Shown here: positions 62,323 through 64,000 of the stretch, piece after piece | Layout: every line of letters begins with the position of its first letter | Numbering within the stretch: position 1 is the first letter of the stretch | Source: Podarcis erhardii | Lineage: Eukaryota | Length of the DNA: 64,000 nucleotides | NCBI GenBank assembly: GCA_964252035.1 | Contig: OZ176208.1 | Strand: one strand, 5' to 3' | Program-made: the position numbers and the translations under genes | The notes under the pieces: model-generated | The model's database searches: none | What the model was told of the DNA's origin: nothing | What the model saw: the letters and a program-made list of their open reading frames with translations, nothing else

Positions 62323-64000
62323 AGCCTAGTTCTGCCCAGCTGGCTACCTTTTTGTTGAGGGAGGCCTTCCTGACTCACTAACTCCTGGAGCCCCAGGTCT
62401 TTAGAAATGTGCTCTCAGCAAGCCTCATCTGCTTTCCCCACCAGCATTACACAGCCCTTTATGACAAGTCTAGGGATCCTCCTTTCATCATACAGCTGCC
62501 TCAGCATGCTTGCCAATGTTTAACTTTTCCTCTAATTGTTCACGCTGCCCTATAGCTTTGATCAACTTATTTAACTGATCTCCACCCATGCCTATATTTC
62601 CAGAACCCTTCTAGAAGCTGTGCAGAGTTGGCCAAAGGGGATGGGGAATCAACCGGGGTAGTCAGACCAGTGAGGGATTTCTAGCTATGTGCAGGATTGG
62701 GATCCCTTGAGGCTGAGGGTTCCCAAGTTATTAGTATAAATTGTTAATGGAGAAAAAGGAGTATAAAAAATATACATGAATTGCCATCGTTCAATGGGTG
62801 ATGAAGCCCAGTGCTGAGGCATCATCAGCATAATATTTTCCTGGATTGTTCCCAATTTGTCTGGTTGTGGGGTGGATCAGTGCAGAAGCATTATCATCTT
62901 CATTTGTATCACCATAATTTTTAATCATATTTTTCCTTATTGTTCCCTGATCATTTTCTGTGGGGTGGACACAGTTATCATTATTATCATCACCTTTTCT
63001 TCCTGCCTGACCTAGAGTGGGGATTGTTGGGGAGTGGGGAGCACACTGCAAACACAGAAACATATTCTCATATACCCCTGATTTTTACATAGACAGATTT
63101 ATTTAGGTGAGTGGATAGCCCCCCACAAGAGCCCCCCACATCATAAATCTTCCACTGAATTAGGCTAATAGAGGGCTCCCACATGACCAGCAAAACATAT
63201 AGGATAGGCAGGTAGAGCTACAAAGTTCTGAAAAGGGCCAGGTTAGGGTGGGCTGGACTTAAAAGAGTAGTGACCTGGCACCATGTCAGCCAATGTGCCA
63301 ATGTAATGTGTGCCCACATACCACACCAATGCTTCATTTTCTACAGGACTGGACACAATGTCTCCTTCCAGTCCATTTGCCTAACCAGGTGCAAGGGAAG
63401 GGATATTAAGATAGGAATACACCGGCCTGCTAGAAACCATACCAAGATGCCATTAGGAGCATGAAAGTCTAGAAGGAGAGAAGCAGAGGCAGAATGTCCC
63501 CATACCATCTACAATTAAGTTATTGCATTTCTTGAGTAATAGGAAATGTCTTTCTTGGCTCTCAAGAGAAGTCTCAGTATTATCACAATGATAATTGTGG
63601 ATTTCCAAACAACAAGTCATGGCTCCTTATTTGAAAGATAAGCTTCCATGTAACTTTGATTTTGTATCAGAAAAAAAGGATTTTCACCAAGAAAACATGA
63701 TTTTATCAAGTTTTCAATTGGACATGTCTACTAGCTGGCTTAGTACTCAAAGAGTACTCAAAGGTATAAAGAAACTATTCAGTACTTCCTGGGTAATAAG
63801 TTATGCATTTCCACTGCTGTTGTACTGCTGCTAACAGAAAGATATGTGAAGAGAACAACAGAAGGGATAATTTCTGAATCCGGCCAAGGAGGCTTTTATA
63901 TCGGGGGGGGGGGACCACAAACCCATTATTAACACCATAAACATATCCATCACATTGACACGCAACCCCCCAAAAACTCATTTGGATACATTCTTGGAAT

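Noticed and set aside
62330-62600. Possible decayed Gypsy gag on the minus strand
   Set aside because: Only a vague resemblance with several stops and no intact CCHC motif.

Overview
Eukaryotic, repeat-rich genomic DNA from a squamate reptile. The Sauria-SINE, tRNA-SINE and BovB repertoire suggests a lacertid lizard (inference). I recognised no host protein-coding exon, RNA gene or CRISPR array, so the window looks intronic or intergenic and most short ORFs in the track are chance or antisense shadows. Main contents: (1) the 5' half of a CR1 LINE (1-2540, minus) with an intact zinc-finger/coiled-coil/SGNH-esterase ORF1, a disrupted ORF2 endonuclease, and a 5' UTR of ~150-bp tandem monomers. 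(2) A young full-length Ty1/Copia LTR retrotransposon (37656-42418, minus) with 339-bp LTRs differing at 2 sites, a GTTTC target-site duplication (TSD), and gag-pol broken by one stop and one frameshift. (3) A decayed large DNA-transposon ORF resembling Academ-type proteins (12594-14270). (4) Many SINEs, L2/CR1/RTE/BovB fragments, a solo LTR, and hAT and Tc1/mariner MITEs, several with clear TSDs. The best observation is that the Copia primer-binding site matches 31 consecutive nt of vertebrate initiator tRNA-Met (nt 10-40), abuts the LTR, and stops exactly before m1G9. The same LTR carries an ATF4-type and twin NRF2/AP-1-type motif cassette. Family names and the tRNA reference come from recalled knowledge, not database searches.
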